In this document: in pieces, positions 12,060 through 25,489 of the stretch
How positions within the stretch are numbered: the stretch's first letter is position 1
Layout: the number at the start of each line of letters is the position of its first letter
Source: Amphiscolops sp. MND2022
Taxonomy: Eukaryota
DNA: 64,000 bases
Reading direction: 5' to 3'
Assembly: GCA_964187785.1 (NCBI GenBank)
Contig: OZ076409.1
Location: 35,652,001-35,716,000, forward strand
The notes under the pieces: model-generated
Told to the model about the DNA's origin: nothing
Database searches by the model: none
The model's input: the letters and a program-made list of their open reading frames with translations, nothing else
Program-made: the position numbers and the translations under genes

Positions 12060-14100
12060 ACGCAGACACTGTTCGTATTTGGAAACAAATGTTCTTTTTC
12101 AGTTCGATTTGCTTTTGATCTGATCAACCCATCCAAATCAATCTCTATCTACCAATCAATGAACCGAAACTCAATCTAATTGGAGTGCCAGCCTGTGATT
12201 CTCTGTACATTCTTGTTCGGAAGCGTGCTAACAATTTTGTCCACTGGCAGTCTTGGAAATTCCTGTGAAGCCATGGTTGTTGCCCACCTTTTACTACTAC
12301 TTTCAATCGATACGACATGATTTGTCCTTCAACCTTCTGTCATTCAGTCATCTGCCATTCAACCGCCTGTCAGCCAATTTTCTGTCATTCAACCGTCTGT
12401 CAGTCAATTTTCTGTCATTCAATATTATGTCATCCAATCTTCTGTTCTTCAACCTTCTGTCATTAAGTTTTTTGTCATTTGACCCACAACAAGTCATTCA
12501 ACCTTTTGTTATTTAAATTTCGTATGACTGAGTATTAATCCGGAAGAAGGCGTGCATCACATGTATCGCATTTGCTTTCCCTATGTAATTGCACACTTTC
12601 CAATAAGTCAATTCACGCCTCAAACCGAAAGTTGCACAATTTTGGCATAGATAGTGTTACAACGTTTCGACTGGAATTTCCTTTCATGTTTGTTATGGAA
12701 AAAACAAAACCCTTATTTTTACTTCGGCGTGTGCTGAAAACGTGAGTAAAGTAAGTGAATATTCGATACTGCAGTAATAAACAACAAAGGAACGTCCCAA
12801 TTCGGCGCCCCACTCAAAGTTCAAAGGAGTAAAGCTTCCTTAACATGCAAGGGACACTTTTGTCAGTAGTTCATCAAGCTTACAGTGCCGAAAAATAAAA
12901 AGGATTCGCATAAAACTAGAAAACCGCTTTTCCGTAGCTAAACGGGCACTGTTCGTATTTGAAAATAGGCCCCTCCGGGGCTCAGTACTATTTCTGCTTT
13001 AATCTTTATTTTTTTAAAACAAAAAATCATTAATAAAAGAATCATATCTGGAATACCAATACACTCCTGTTTAATCATTACTTAGAGCACAATTAATCAC
13101 TGTACAAGTTTACACCGCCTTTAATTCTTCTCGGACTAAAGAAAATATAACTAAGCGTAGACGAAGTTTCGCATTCGCATTTGAATGCAGGCGAAGCTCT
13201 CAACGAACGAATAATTAACACTCATTCGCTTCATCTCAATGACGTCAGCATACGAATGGATAATTACCACTCGCTCGTTCTATCGCACTAGAATTGAATT
13301 GTTGTCGGCAGCTTTCCCACGCTTACACTCACTGCCGAACAAAATATCTGAATTATTCAGTAGGACGAAATTTGACGACTGAAAAAAAAAAAAGGACCAA
13401 CTTTGAGGTTACAATAACATTCCTGCTAAAGCAGAAATATTAAAAATGTTTTGCTTTTCAGTTCGATTTGCTTCTAATCTAATCAACCCATCCAAATCTA
13501 TCTCTGTCTACCAATTAACATCTCTGAAACCCCACCTAACTGGATTGCCAGCCTATTATTTCTTTGCCCATAAACTTTCTTGTTTGGAAGTGTGCTAGTC
13601 CAGTCTTCGAAATTCCTGTGACGCCATTGATGTTACCCACCTTTTACTACTACTTTCAATTATTACGACTTGATTTGTTCTTCAACCTTCTGTCATTCAA
13701 CCATCTGTCAGTCAATTTTCGGTCTTTCAATCTTCTGCCATCCAATCTTCTGGCAGTCAGTCTTCTGTACTTTAACCTTGTCATGAAGTCTTCTGTCATT
13801 CAATCTGTCCTTCATTTTCAACCGGTCTCTAGACCTTCTGTTATTCACGCTTAGTATGGCTGAGAATCAACCCGGGAGAAGGTGTGTATCACAGTTTCCT
13901 TTTCTATGTAATTGCAAACTTTTCATTCAGTTAGATCACAGCTCGAACGGAAAGTTGAACAATTTTGGCATAGTTACAACTTTTCGACTGAAATTGTTTT
14001 TCGTGGTAGTTATGGAAAAGCATAACCAATATTTAAAAATTCGGCGTGTGCTGAATTATAGAAAACGTAAGTGCAGTGAGTAAAATTCGATGCTGCAATT
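12060..14100. repeat. Two diverged direct copies (~12060-12780 and ~13445-14100) of a ~0.7-kb repeat with an internal 15-bp minisatellite (tcattcaaccttctg-like)
   Basis: Shared blocks ttcagttcgatttgc...atcaacccatccaaatc...cccaccttttactactactttcaat...ttcggcgtgtgctgaa. Confidence 0.75.
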
Positions 14101-14309
14101 ATAAACAACCCGTGAACAGCCCAAGTCGACATATCTAAGGCTCAATAATAAGACTCGAAAACCACTTTTTCTACAACTGGAGAAAACAAAACCTCTCAAA
14201 AAAACTAAAAATTGAGGAAATTTTTTTCCGAATTTTTTTGAAGTCTCCGGTAAGTCGCATAGTGCCGGGAAAATGTAAAAGGGGGACCCTTTGAGATTTT
14301 TTGAACATC

Positions 14310-17262
14310 TCGCCGGCAGCAATTTGAAATTCACCGATTATCTCAGCAGAAATCCGGTAGGGGGAGCAGCACCGGAAGAAAATTACGAAGAAGAATACGT
14401 AATTAACATATTAACCGAGCACGCCAAACTAAACTTGGAACACGGAAGATTATTCGCCGACCAATCAAAACACGATAAACGCAAAACCGAACTACGCAGT
14501 GACGCAACCGAAATAAAAGATGAGCGCAACGAATACCAATCACAAACGAATAGAATATTCGAGAACATAAACAGCGTGAACAAAACCGAACTCAACAAAC
14601 CAACTACATCCGGGCAGTCCGAAATTAGCACTCCAAAATCAAGTTACCATTCGTTACAGCAGAACACTGAGAAAATGGATAGAGAAAACTTTTATCACTG
14701 GGGAGCCACCCGTGAAACCATGAACATTATCAGACGCCGCAACAACAGTCCGGAAACCAAAAGATTGATAGATCAACGAAATGCACTATCCCGGCCAGGA
14801 ACCTTGAGACGCCGGTATGACCACCAAACACAGCGGACAGTATTCGCACCCTCCCGTCCCAACAAAAGAAGCCGCGAAGAAATTGCAGAAATTGACGCGG
14901 AAATTATGAGACGCGCAAATAGACTGAGAGGAGGATACCAACCAATACAGGAAGAACCGGAAGATAATACGGAAGAGGGCGAAATTAACAAGGAACCAGA
15001 AGACACCGAGGAAGACAGCGTACTGCTACGCGGAGATAACTTGCCAATAGTAGATCTAAGCAAGTACAACACTGACGGGAAGGAGGCAAAATACATCCAA
15101 ATCAACCACATTGTGGGGAAGCTGACAGCTAACAAGAAGATCACGGAGGAGAACATTAAAAAAGCCGAATTCGAGTTCATGATGGACTTGAAAACCCTCA
15201 TGTCGAAGACCGCGACAGACCCTGAACTCACTCATGTACGGAACAGCATGAGACGCGAAGACCGTGAAATCACTCCGGATGGTTATAAACCGGTTTTCGA
15301 CAAACTATCAATCAGATGGGGGCTGGTATTTGTGGACGATCAAATAGTGATACCAATTGATCTCCGAAGAAGACTTTTGGATATTCTCCACTTCGGCCAC
15401 GCCGGAATGACAAAGATGGAAACCGAGGCCAAAATATTCTGGGGGCCAACAAAGAAGTCCGACATCGAAATGAAAGCTAAAGACTGCACTGCATGCCTTG
15501 CCTCAGGTAAAAATCTCAAATATCAATTACCGAGTAAACACTACGGAAAACTAGGAAAATTACCCGAACCGGGACAAGAAATACAAATCGATTTCACCGG
15601 AAAACTACACAATCAAAAAATACACGGAGACGTACAAATACTAATTGCGGTAGATAGATTCAGTAAATGGCCAACCGTAAAAATTTGTAAAACTGCCGAA
15701 ACAAAAGAAGTGATAGTTTTTAACAAGTAATTTTAATTTATACGGAATACCGGAGAAAATTAAATCGGATAAAGGAGGCGCCTTTATCTCAAAAGAATAC
15801 CGGCAATTTTGCAAAAACCGGAACATAGAAATCGAATATTGTACACCCCGGATACACACGGGAAATGGAGTGGTGGAACGAGCAATACAGACACTAAAAA
15901 ATCTAGTGTTAACAAACATGGAAGACGGTAAAAACCTTACCGAAAGCGTAAACCGAGCACTCCGAGTAATGCGATTTACCGTACACACGGGACTTAAGAA
16001 AACACCATTTGAATTACATCACGGAAGAAAGCCGAGAACCGAATTAACAAACATTGTTAAAGACGGTAAAACCTTCCTATCTGATTGGTCAGAATTATCT
16101 ATTTCAGCACCAATAAGACCGAAGATCCCCATCTACGTGGGTCGAGACGGAGAAGGCGAGATAACAAACCATATCATTATGGCACGAAACAAAACGGAAG
16201 AGAAGAAACTAGCAGAGGGACCGAAATCACCGAAAAAGAAAAATTCGGTTAGCTATCCTTTTAAAATTCGAGAAAAGAACCATAACAAAAAAATCCCTAG
16301 AAGGAAAATTTCAAAAGAAAATACAAACCGCAATAAGCGGAACCGAAAACACCGTGAAAACGGATACCGGAAAAACCATCAGCCGAAAATTTATTTCGGG
16401 CCCATTATTTCAGAATGAAAGAAAGACAAGACGAGAACCGGCACCAATGACAAGCGGTGAAATTCTACCGAAGAATAGACACTGCCTCCGTGGACTAGAC
16501 GGGAAGTATGGCCGCTGGGACGAAATCCTACGGGCCATACAAAATGGAAAACTAAAAATAGTACAAAACAGAAAGACCGACAGCGAGACAGAAGACGATG
16601 ATGATGATGAGGACGAAGAAATGCCGGAGGAGACCGGAAACATCACATACGATACATCCGAGCGAAACGGAAGATATGTTCCGATACAAACGAATCCGGA
16701 AGACGACGCAATACAAATTCACACCGAGGATGAAATTTCTGGTGAGAATTTAGAACATAACATACGGCGTTCAAACCGAAAAACAAATAAACCGAATAGA
16801 TACGGTGGTTTATCATATACAGGAAACTTTTGGGGATAAACAGAAAACTAATTTTATGTTTTACAGGAAATCCCTGGAACAGAAGAAAAGAGACGCCACA
16901 ACCGGAAGTGATCCAAAAGCCGGTAGACTTCCTACCACAGGATCTGGAGACGACACCAACCCGACCATCAACGTCGGCATCAAAGAACCTTTCCGACGAT
17001 TAGAAAAGAACCAAAAAGAGGAGAGAGGGGGAAATGTTATACGGTCGATCCGAATGACCCCTATTGAGTCTCAACTACAAACTACCACCCAATTGTCTAG
17101 CATACCTAAGAGTTGTATACAAACAAACTCTAAATAGATTACTTTACTCTATACTCATTTTGGATACAAATTTGGGATAGAACATACGATAAAAGATTGG
17201 GAATACAAACATTACTTTTATTCGTTTTCTCATATATCTTACATCAACCTTAGAATAGAACA
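14310..17262 (+). mobile_element. 5'-truncated Ty3/Gypsy retrotransposon: end of RNase H, integrase (frameshifted), PPT and 3' LTR (17035-17262)
   Basis: DYLSRNP; H-GH...C..C zinc motif; QIDFTG, SDKGGAF, GVVERAIQ integrase core over three frames; PPT aaaagaggagagagggggaaa followed by tgttat...atagaaca. Confidence 0.9.
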
Positions 17263-20200
17263 CATTATGTTGCAAAACATCAAAAATTGATGGCGAACCC
17301 TTTGGAGCAATAAAAAAAATTTCGTAAAAAAATGAGAAATTTGAACAGTCTCACAATGCCGAAAAAAGATGGAAAGTCTCAGAGTGTCAAAACAAGTGGA
17401 AAGGGGGGCACTTCGGCTTTGGAATGGCTTTTTATCACCTGTTAGAGGCTATGGATGCGTTGAAAATGAAGTACTAAATACATATGGTAAAAGTGCATTA
17501 ATGCACAAAAAGTGGACCAATCGCGTTGAACTGATGAAAAAAAACTAGCCACTGTAAGAGTCGGGTTTTTCTTCAAAAACGCCTACTAAAAAGACCTCAA
17601 GTCGGCGCCCCGCTCAAAATTGAAAAAAGTAAAGATAAAGATGCAAGGGACGTTTTTGTCAGAAGTACAACAAACTTGCAGTACCAAAAAACAAAGGATA
17701 CGCATAAGACTAGAAAACCGCTTTTCTCAAACTTTAAGCAGCGAAAAGTTTTTTGAGAATTAACCCTTCGAAATTTTTCTTCGGGCAAAAGGCTCATAGT
17801 GCAAAAAAAGTACCCTAATAGAGAATTGCTACGTTGAAGAACAATTCATTGATACAAAGTTGTTCGAACATTGTTCCTTAGTTGTTCATTATGCATCGTT
17901 TGACTTTCTAAACGGTAATAGAATCGAAGACGAAACAGTTCAGGGCGAATAAGCTAGGCGATGTTTAACATTTTCCGCTCACAGTGCCTTAACAAGAGTC
18001 TCAATGAGTTTGAAAACAGAGATCGGGCCTTTATGTTTCATTCCGCTCAGAACCATTATCTATCGGTCGATTATCGATCATCAGCCATTGATAAACTGTA
18101 TATGGTGGAGCGTTTGAGTTATATAAAAAATAAAGTAACCATTCGTTGTCCTTTGGGTCTCTTCGAGGGTAAAATCTGGTTAGAAAATAATGAAGAAGTA
18201 GCAAATCAAGAAAAGGTAGCTCATGCCGACAAGGAGAACCAGCCTTCAACAAGCGTTGAGTCTGTGCATGTGTGTGCATGTCCGAGCAACATGTGTTGAT
18301 GATTCGGATAGCAAAACGGAGTCGTTTTCCCTCCTGTGAAGCGCTAAAGTTGATTCGAATCATAGAGCACTTGCAAGTGACAGCTCAATGGCAGCTGGTA
18401 TAACAGCCCTAGCAAGAAAATGTACGCACGAAAACTGCACGGCCAGATGAAGAAAGATTGTTCACTTCTATTGTTCCTTTTCATGCGGAACCAGTACATC
18501 ACCGGCTGCATTTGCAGACATCACTATTTCCAATTCAAGGTTTTCGAACGATTCGCGACTGTCGAAATTCTAGTACCGCACTGGCTGTGGCAGTATTTGG
18601 AGTGATGAGTTTTTGACATTCTTTTAACGCAGTTTCCATTTTCGACAAACAATCAAAAATAGGAGTGGAAGCAACTGATTCATAATAACGCTGACAGAGA
18701 TCTCCTGACATACGCTGGCCATGTGCCGTCACAAAATGGCCGCAATATTGTCCGGGCAATGTGATCGAAAGATGAACTGATAACCCAAATAATGTCGCCG
18801 GGCAAAGACTTGGTATTTATGAAGCCTCCGTAGTCCTATGACTTCAACGAGGAGGGCCCTTTTTAGAGGTTAGCCATGGAAACTGTTACTGGTATATGTA
18901 TCACGTGAAGTTCTCATCCTTGTTTTTCTTCTGAGCACTCGTACTTTTTCAAACTCTTGAGGTGTGCAAAATCTATGTCAGGATAACTGGGGTTAGAACC
19001 TAGAACGTCATTACTTTTGTGTTTATTTAAAATGCATCGGGTACAAATTCCCCTCCATTGCTGGGTGATAGATAAAAAATCGCAACAGTGTCAACCAACT
19101 GGGAACCGAATTGAAGAGTCACCTTCTAACAAGCCGCGATCTGACCACAACTGTTTCAAGTGCGACACCATAGACATTGATGTGAATGAATGGCAATGAT
19201 GTTAATTTTCTTGTAGCAACAGATTACCTGTTGTTTGTTATTTGAAAAACCTGAAGCTCCATGAAACGGACTTTATCTACGGCCTGGTTTGCAGTAACGC
19301 TTCAAATTTTTAAAGACGTTATCCAGAAAATCAATACGATTTTGAGTATTCGTATCTATACCCAAATTCACTAACCACTGAATGATTTTTCCTTCGTTCA
19401 TGCATAATTACAGTTGCGTTCTTTTTCTTGAAATGTCAATTGCCTCAAAGCACTTTTCTCACACAGACACCCTTTTATCCGAAAGCATTCGTTAACTTCA
19501 GTTTCTAACTCCGGAAAAAATCAGGTACAGCACTTGCTGCGGCGGGTTCTTCCGAACTCAAAGTAGATTTTTACCCAGTTATTTTTCAACCTCAATTTGC
19601 TGTTTTTTCGAAGGCTGCAAGGAAAATCAATTTTAGATTGTGAGAATGAAATATTTGATTGGAAACCTTGGCTTTAGATGACGAAAGATCTTTGTTACGA
19701 AAGATCTTTGGGATGGCGCTGTTATAGTCTCATACAAGTATTTTGGGTGGGTATATTACGAGGTGTACAGGAAAACCAAAGTTAACACTTTCCATGCCGC
19801 AAAATAAAACAAAATGTTTGTTGAGGATCATATAAAATTGGACAAAGTTGTGTCGGAAAAAAACCAAACATTTGTGCCAAGGATTTCTCCTGGGTTTTCT
19901 GAAATTTGCATTGCAGAGATTCGAAGGCATAATAGATCACCGACGTATCTGAATTCTGTTTTATATTAAGTCAATCATGTTTAATGTGGAATAGGACAAT
20001 TGAGGACTATCAAAAATCTACTGCCTCATAGTTGCTTTAACAGTAGTCACTCCATACAGTGCAGTTCTGACTCCCACCTCATTATTTTTTTCTCAAAATC
20101 ATCTAGGTTTGCGAAACTCTGCGGGGAAAAATAAGAAACAGGAGCGGAGTTGAAATCAACCGAAGACTTTTTGTACTCCCTCGTTAAATATTCAACTAGG

Positions 20201-20439
20201 TGACTGTCGGTGCTTATATCTGATCCTAGCTGCAACACTTCGTGTGGAATCATTCCAGCGCCATCCAAATCATCTCTTGTAACAACTACGTCAACAAAAA
20301 CCAACTGTTTCCGATCAAAACATTCGATCAGAGCGAATTTTCTACAGTTCTCAGTAGCCAGCGGGAAGCGCTCGTCGCACTTTTTTTGGCATGTAGCTCT
20401 AGAAACCCTCTTTTGCCGGAGAAAAAACATGCCAACAAT

Positions 20440-21790
20440 GTGTGAAGAACTCTTTTGTTCTTTCGGTCAAGAGAAATTGGTTAGTTAATTCGAACGCCGA
20501 AGCAGATGGGACCTTTTAGTCGAACTTCCGGGCTGATGTGCCGTAACAAATGAAAGTTGAAACTCTGAGAGAGGGGGTTCACCTAATGGACCCACAAAAT
20601 TACTCATGAAATCGTGGAGTAACTTTAGCTTCCCTGATGTGTGATTCTGAGCATCGGCAACAGTCACGGATACAGAGAGGTGATTGAAAGATCGATCCAA
20701 ATTTTTGTTGTCAATTTCATTCAAACAAAACTGTCGTAATGAAAAAAGAACTTGAAATCCCTTGCTTTCCAAACTGATAACTCATAGCGGTTTAGGCTTA
20801 CCGCACAGAGGTCGTAGATTTTTTTCTTCTACAGACATTGTTTAGCTGAGGGAAGTTTTTGTCTCGAAAGAACTATCGAGTGCACATTGTTTTGACTTGG
20901 CACATCCAAGGAAAATCTGATGCATTACATCGATCAATACGCGTTCTGATATGTTGATGAGCCTGTCAAGAGAAGAGAGGCCTTTCTTTCATATAACATT
21001 CGTAGAGCGTCTTTCCGTAATTCTCCAATATAAAATTGGGGAAATTATGATTTTTCTGTGAAAATGATATTGGAAAATAATGTTATTCAAAAGCCTAAAG
21101 TTGAGAAGAAACAGTTGAAGCAACTAACCAGGAGATCTTTAATATTCCATATTAGGGCCTATTTGACTTTAGAAATGATTTCCCTTATTTATATAAGAAC
21201 TCATGAACAGCGCTCTTTTAGTTTGCCTTGATCTAGCTTAGGAGTGAATTTCACAAAACTCGGTAGAAACCGATCGTACAAACCTTTCACATAATTCGGC
21301 ACAACCTTACCTTAATTTATATTATCTTCTCCGAAAATTCATTATGTTCTGCTTGAGCTGCGATCCTTTGTTGGAAATACCAAGTCAAATCTGACTATTT
21401 TTATCATCCGTTCCTGGCATGGATAAAGATGCCTATGGTTTTCATGTACCTCTCGTGCATAGCAATATATACACCCTAAGTACTTGTTGAATTGTACAAG
21501 GTTCAAATTAGCCTCCATTTCACATATGTGAAGTCTTTCAATATAACATTGAAGTTGCAGGAGTTTCTATGCAGTGAAAACCCGATGTTAAATCTTGTCA
21601 CTTCCTTTTCAGTTGATCAATAACATTGAAATCGGGTTTCTTTTCACCCTTCTTCCATTACGCCCACAGTGTGATGTTTTTCAGAGCAGTTCGACGAGAA
21701 ACAGGAAGATCGTCGTTTAAAGCCCACGAAGCCCAAACATTTTTAACGGATTGAACCGGATTTGCTCCATCTGTATTCGTGAAAGAATTA
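20440..21790 (-). pseudogene. Decayed EnSpm/CACTA-type transposase (left arm of inverted duplication)
   Basis: Reverse complement of the motif-bearing copy at 23030-24345. Confidence 0.7.
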
Positions 21791-22625
21791 GGGTCGTTGA
21801 ATCCGCGAATACGTCAGGATTTTGTCTGATCTGATACGAGAAACTTGCTTCCTTAACTCTAAAACCTCAAAGTCATCAGTTTTTCAGCTCTGCGATGTTG
21901 TGAATTGTTCGGTCTCAGTAGGAACCTCTTGGAGTGACAAAAATCTTTTGTAGCCTTGTCAGGTATGTGTTTGACTGCGAAGTTATAAAATTCATATGCG
22001 CTCATATCAGCTCCTTCAAAGAAAGCAATGTCATCAGCAGACGAGCTATCATAGGTCGAAATCGAGAAATCATAGCTTGTTTCAGTAAATTCAAGCGGAG
22101 AATGAAGTTAAAGAGTGGTAGAGCAGCAAACAGCCGCATTAGTTGTCCCTAATGGTTCATCAAAAGTCGGTATTTCGTTCCACCTCACGGCGACGTCTCC
22201 TGGAGATCCACATGATAGGGGAGATGACCTCGGCCGACGCTGGAGAACTGGTTCTACAGACCGTGCTGATATTCGGAAAAATGTTACCTTTTTCCCTGAA
22301 TAATAGTTTCCAATGATATCTGATGAACGCTTTTGTGAACCCAATGAATCGTGTCTCGGGTTACAAGGCGTTGAAGGAGCAGTTGAAGGATCTGAATGAA
22401 GGTGTCGTTTTTTAACCCGGACAGCTTGAACATTGCCTTTCTCACCAGTCGTCCGTGCCTCGAATGTTGTTCAAAACTACCATCTGGATCTCTGGACGAT
22501 ACTTCTTGGTAGTTTCTTCACCTTGTTGAAATGTTATTGAAGGCAGCAAAGACATCAAATTGCCCTGTTCCAGGACATAAACAGAATTTGGCCAACAAGA
22601 GTAGTTCACAAGCGACAAAGGCCCC

Positions 22626-22825
22626 NNNNNNNNNNNNNNNNNNNNNNNNNNNNNNNNNNNNNNNNNNNNNNNNNNNNNNNNNNNNNNNNNNNNNNNNNNN
22701 NNNNNNNNNNNNNNNNNNNNNNNNNNNNNNNNNNNNNNNNNNNNNNNNNNNNNNNNNNNNNNNNNNNNNNNNNNNNNNNNNNNNNNNNNNNNNNNNNNNN
22801 NNNNNNNNNNNNNNNNNNNNNNNNN
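22626..22825. other. Assembly gap (200 N)
   Basis: Run of N. Confidence 1.
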
Positions 22826-23029
22826 TTTATAACTTCGCAGTCAAACACATACCTGACAAGGCTACAAAAGATTTTTGTCACTCCAAGAGGTTCCTACTGA
22901 GACCGAACAATTCACAACATCGCAGAGCTGAAAAACTGATGACTTTGAGGTTTTAGAGTTAAGGAAGCAAGTTTCTCGTATCAGACAAAATCCTGACGTA
23001 TTCGCGGATTCAACGACCCTAATTCTTTC

Positions 23030-24345
23030 ACGAATACAGATGGAGCAAATCCGGTTCAATCCGTTAAAAATGTTTGGGCTTCGTGGGCTTTAAACGACGA
23101 TCTTCCTGTTTCTCGTCGAACTGCTCTGGAAAACATCACACTGTGGGCGTAATGGAAGAAGAGTGAAAAGAAACCCGATTTCAATGTTATTGATCAACTG
23201 AAAAGGAAGTGACAAGATTTAACATCGGATTTTCACTGCATAGAAACTCCTGCAACTTCAATGTTATATTGAAAGACTTCACATATGTGAAATGGAGGCT
23301 AATTTGAACCTTGTACAATTCAACAAGTACTTAGGGTGTATATATTGCTATGCACGAGAGGTACATGAAAACCATAGGCATCTTTATCCATGCCAGGAAC
23401 GGATGATAAAGATAGTCAGATTTGACTTGGTATTTCCAACAAAAGATCGCAGCTCAAGCAGAACATAATGAACTTTCGGAGAAGAAAATATAAATTAAGG
23501 TAAGGTTGTGCCGAATTATGTGAAAAGTTTGTACGATCGGTTTCTACCGAGTTTTGTGAAATTCACTCCTAACCTAGATCAAGGCAAACTAAAAGAGCGC
23601 TGTTCATGAGTTCTATTATACATAAGGGAAATCATTTCTAAAGTCAAATAGGCCCTAATATGGAATATTAAAGATCTCCTGGCTAGTTGCTTCAACTGTT
23701 TCTTCTCAACTTTAGGCTTTTGAATAACATCATTTTCCAATATCATTTTCACAGAAAAATCATAATTTCCCCAATTTTATATTGGAGAATTACGGAAAGA
23801 CGCTCTACAAATGTTATATGAAAGAAAGGCCTCTCTTCTCTTGACAGGCTCATCAACATATCAGAACGCGTATTGATCGATGTAATGCATCAGATTTTCC
23901 TTGGATGTGCCAAGTCAAAACAATGTGCACTCGATAGTTCTTTCGAGACAAAAACTTCCCTCAGCTAAACAATGTCTGTAGAAGAAAAAAATCTACGACC
24001 TCTGTGCGGTAAGCCTAAACCGCTATGAGTTATCAGTTTGGAAAGCAAGGGATTTCAAGTTCTTTTTTCATTACGACAGTTTTGTTTGAATGAAATTGAC
24101 AACAAAAATTTGGATCGATCTTTCAATCACCTCTCTGTATCCGTGACTGTTGCCGATGCTCAGAATCACACATCAGGGAAGCTAAAGTTACTCCACGATT
24201 TCATGAGTAATTTTGTGGGTCCATTAGGTGAACCCTCTCTCTCAGAGTTTCAACTTTCATTTGTTACGGCACATCAGCCCGGAAGTTCGACTAAAAGGTT
24301 CCATCTGCTTCCGCGTTCGAATTAACTAACCAATTTCTCTTGACC
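23030..24345 (+). pseudogene. Decayed EnSpm/CACTA-type transposase (right arm of inverted duplication)
   Basis: Motifs in correct order across broken frames: NTDGANPVQS (23033), IDVMHQIFLGCAK (23876), SFNFHLLRHI...KG...SAFE..N (24246). Confidence 0.75.
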
Positions 24346-24692
24346 GAAAGAACAAAAGAGAGTTCTTCACACATTGTTGGCATGTTTCTTCTCCGGCAAA
24401 AGAGGGTTTCTAGAGCTACATGCCAAAAAAGTGCGACGAGCGCTTCCCGCTGGCTACTGAGAACTGTAGAAAATTCGCTCTGATCGAATGTGGTTCCGGA
24501 AACACGTGCAGTTGACATTTTTTTCTCAGATAGGTCACATCGTTTAGGCTCTTCGTCGAAAGCAAGACTCGGCACGATCTGGAGTGAATGCATCACAAAT
24601 ATCGAAAGTGACAATTTTGTGGTTTTGTTTGCTTCTTATTAAAATAATTTCGACTCCGTTACTGCGATAGCGCAGAAGTATTGTTTTAATGA

Positions 24693-25189
24693 ACAAGACG
24701 GGAACGTCTAAAGTCGGCGCTATATCTAAGGCTCAAAAAGCGCAAAACACTTTTTTGAAAAAATTGAAACTTTTGAATTTTTTCTTTCAAAAAATGTCGC
24801 ATAGTGACGAAAAAGGTAAAAAGGGGGACCCTTTGGGCTTTATCAACATATATTCTGTTGCAAAATATCAAGAAACTCGAAAGGGGGACACTCTTATAAG
24901 ACATTAAAAAATTTTCGGAAAAGAATTCGCACAATGCCGAAAAAAAATCGAAAAGAGGGAGCCTTTAGTCTCGTCCAGTTTTGTAGGTTACGTTAAAAAA
25001 GTAAAAAATGAAAGGGGGACCATTTCGCACTAATTCCCGCTGACCGGACCTGGCCTCATGGTAGTAGTTTTAGTAATTTCGATTGTAAGAAAAGTGGCCC
25101 AATCAGAGTGAGATTGTAGTCTGACGGAAAGAAAAAACTAGCCACTGTAATAGTCGGGCACTTTTCACCAGAAAAGCGCCGACTAAAAA
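24693..25189. mobile_element. HINE-like repeat copy (clean full-length example)
   Basis: acaagacgggaacgtctaaagtcggcgc ... tagtcgggcacttttcaccagaaaagcgccgactaaaaa. Confidence 0.75.
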
Positions 25190-25489
25190 CATCTAAAAAG
25201 AGCGCGCAAACAACTGTACCATTTAGTGTAGAGGGCAACTGTAATAATACAGCACTGGCTATATTGTAACATTCAATTTGCGAACCGCTGAGCTGAAAGA
25301 AGTTTCACCGTTTTTACTGAACACTAGTTCTGAAGAGTCTAACACCAAGAACGTCAAGGTATTGAGATGATGTTTCTTGAACATTTTTGCAATTATTAGT
25401 TTTGTTGCTTCTGAATTTGTTTTGCTTACTATGATGTTCTTTTCCTTTGTTCTTTCTCCGATAGCAAATTCTGTTTTTAACCTTCAGGG

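Larger units (their letters stand above)
20321..24490. repeat. ~1.67-kb near-identical inverted repeat (20321-21989 vs 22826-24490) flanking a scaffold gap
   Basis: Near-identical 95-aa ORFs on opposite strands (20485-20772, 24038-24325); arms read as reverse complements with scattered substitutions. Confidence 0.95.

Noticed and set aside
12950..13341. Possible solo LTR (tgttcg...cgaaca)
   Set aside because: No TSD, and the tgttcgtatttg start also occurs at ~12069 as part of another repeat; not supportable
14383..15231. Ser-rich minus-strand ORFs, and similar shadow ORFs opposite gag, pol and env
   Set aside because: Antisense shadows of biased coding sequence with no motifs
22531..22956. 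ORFs spanning the N run
   Set aside because: Artefacts of translating through the gap
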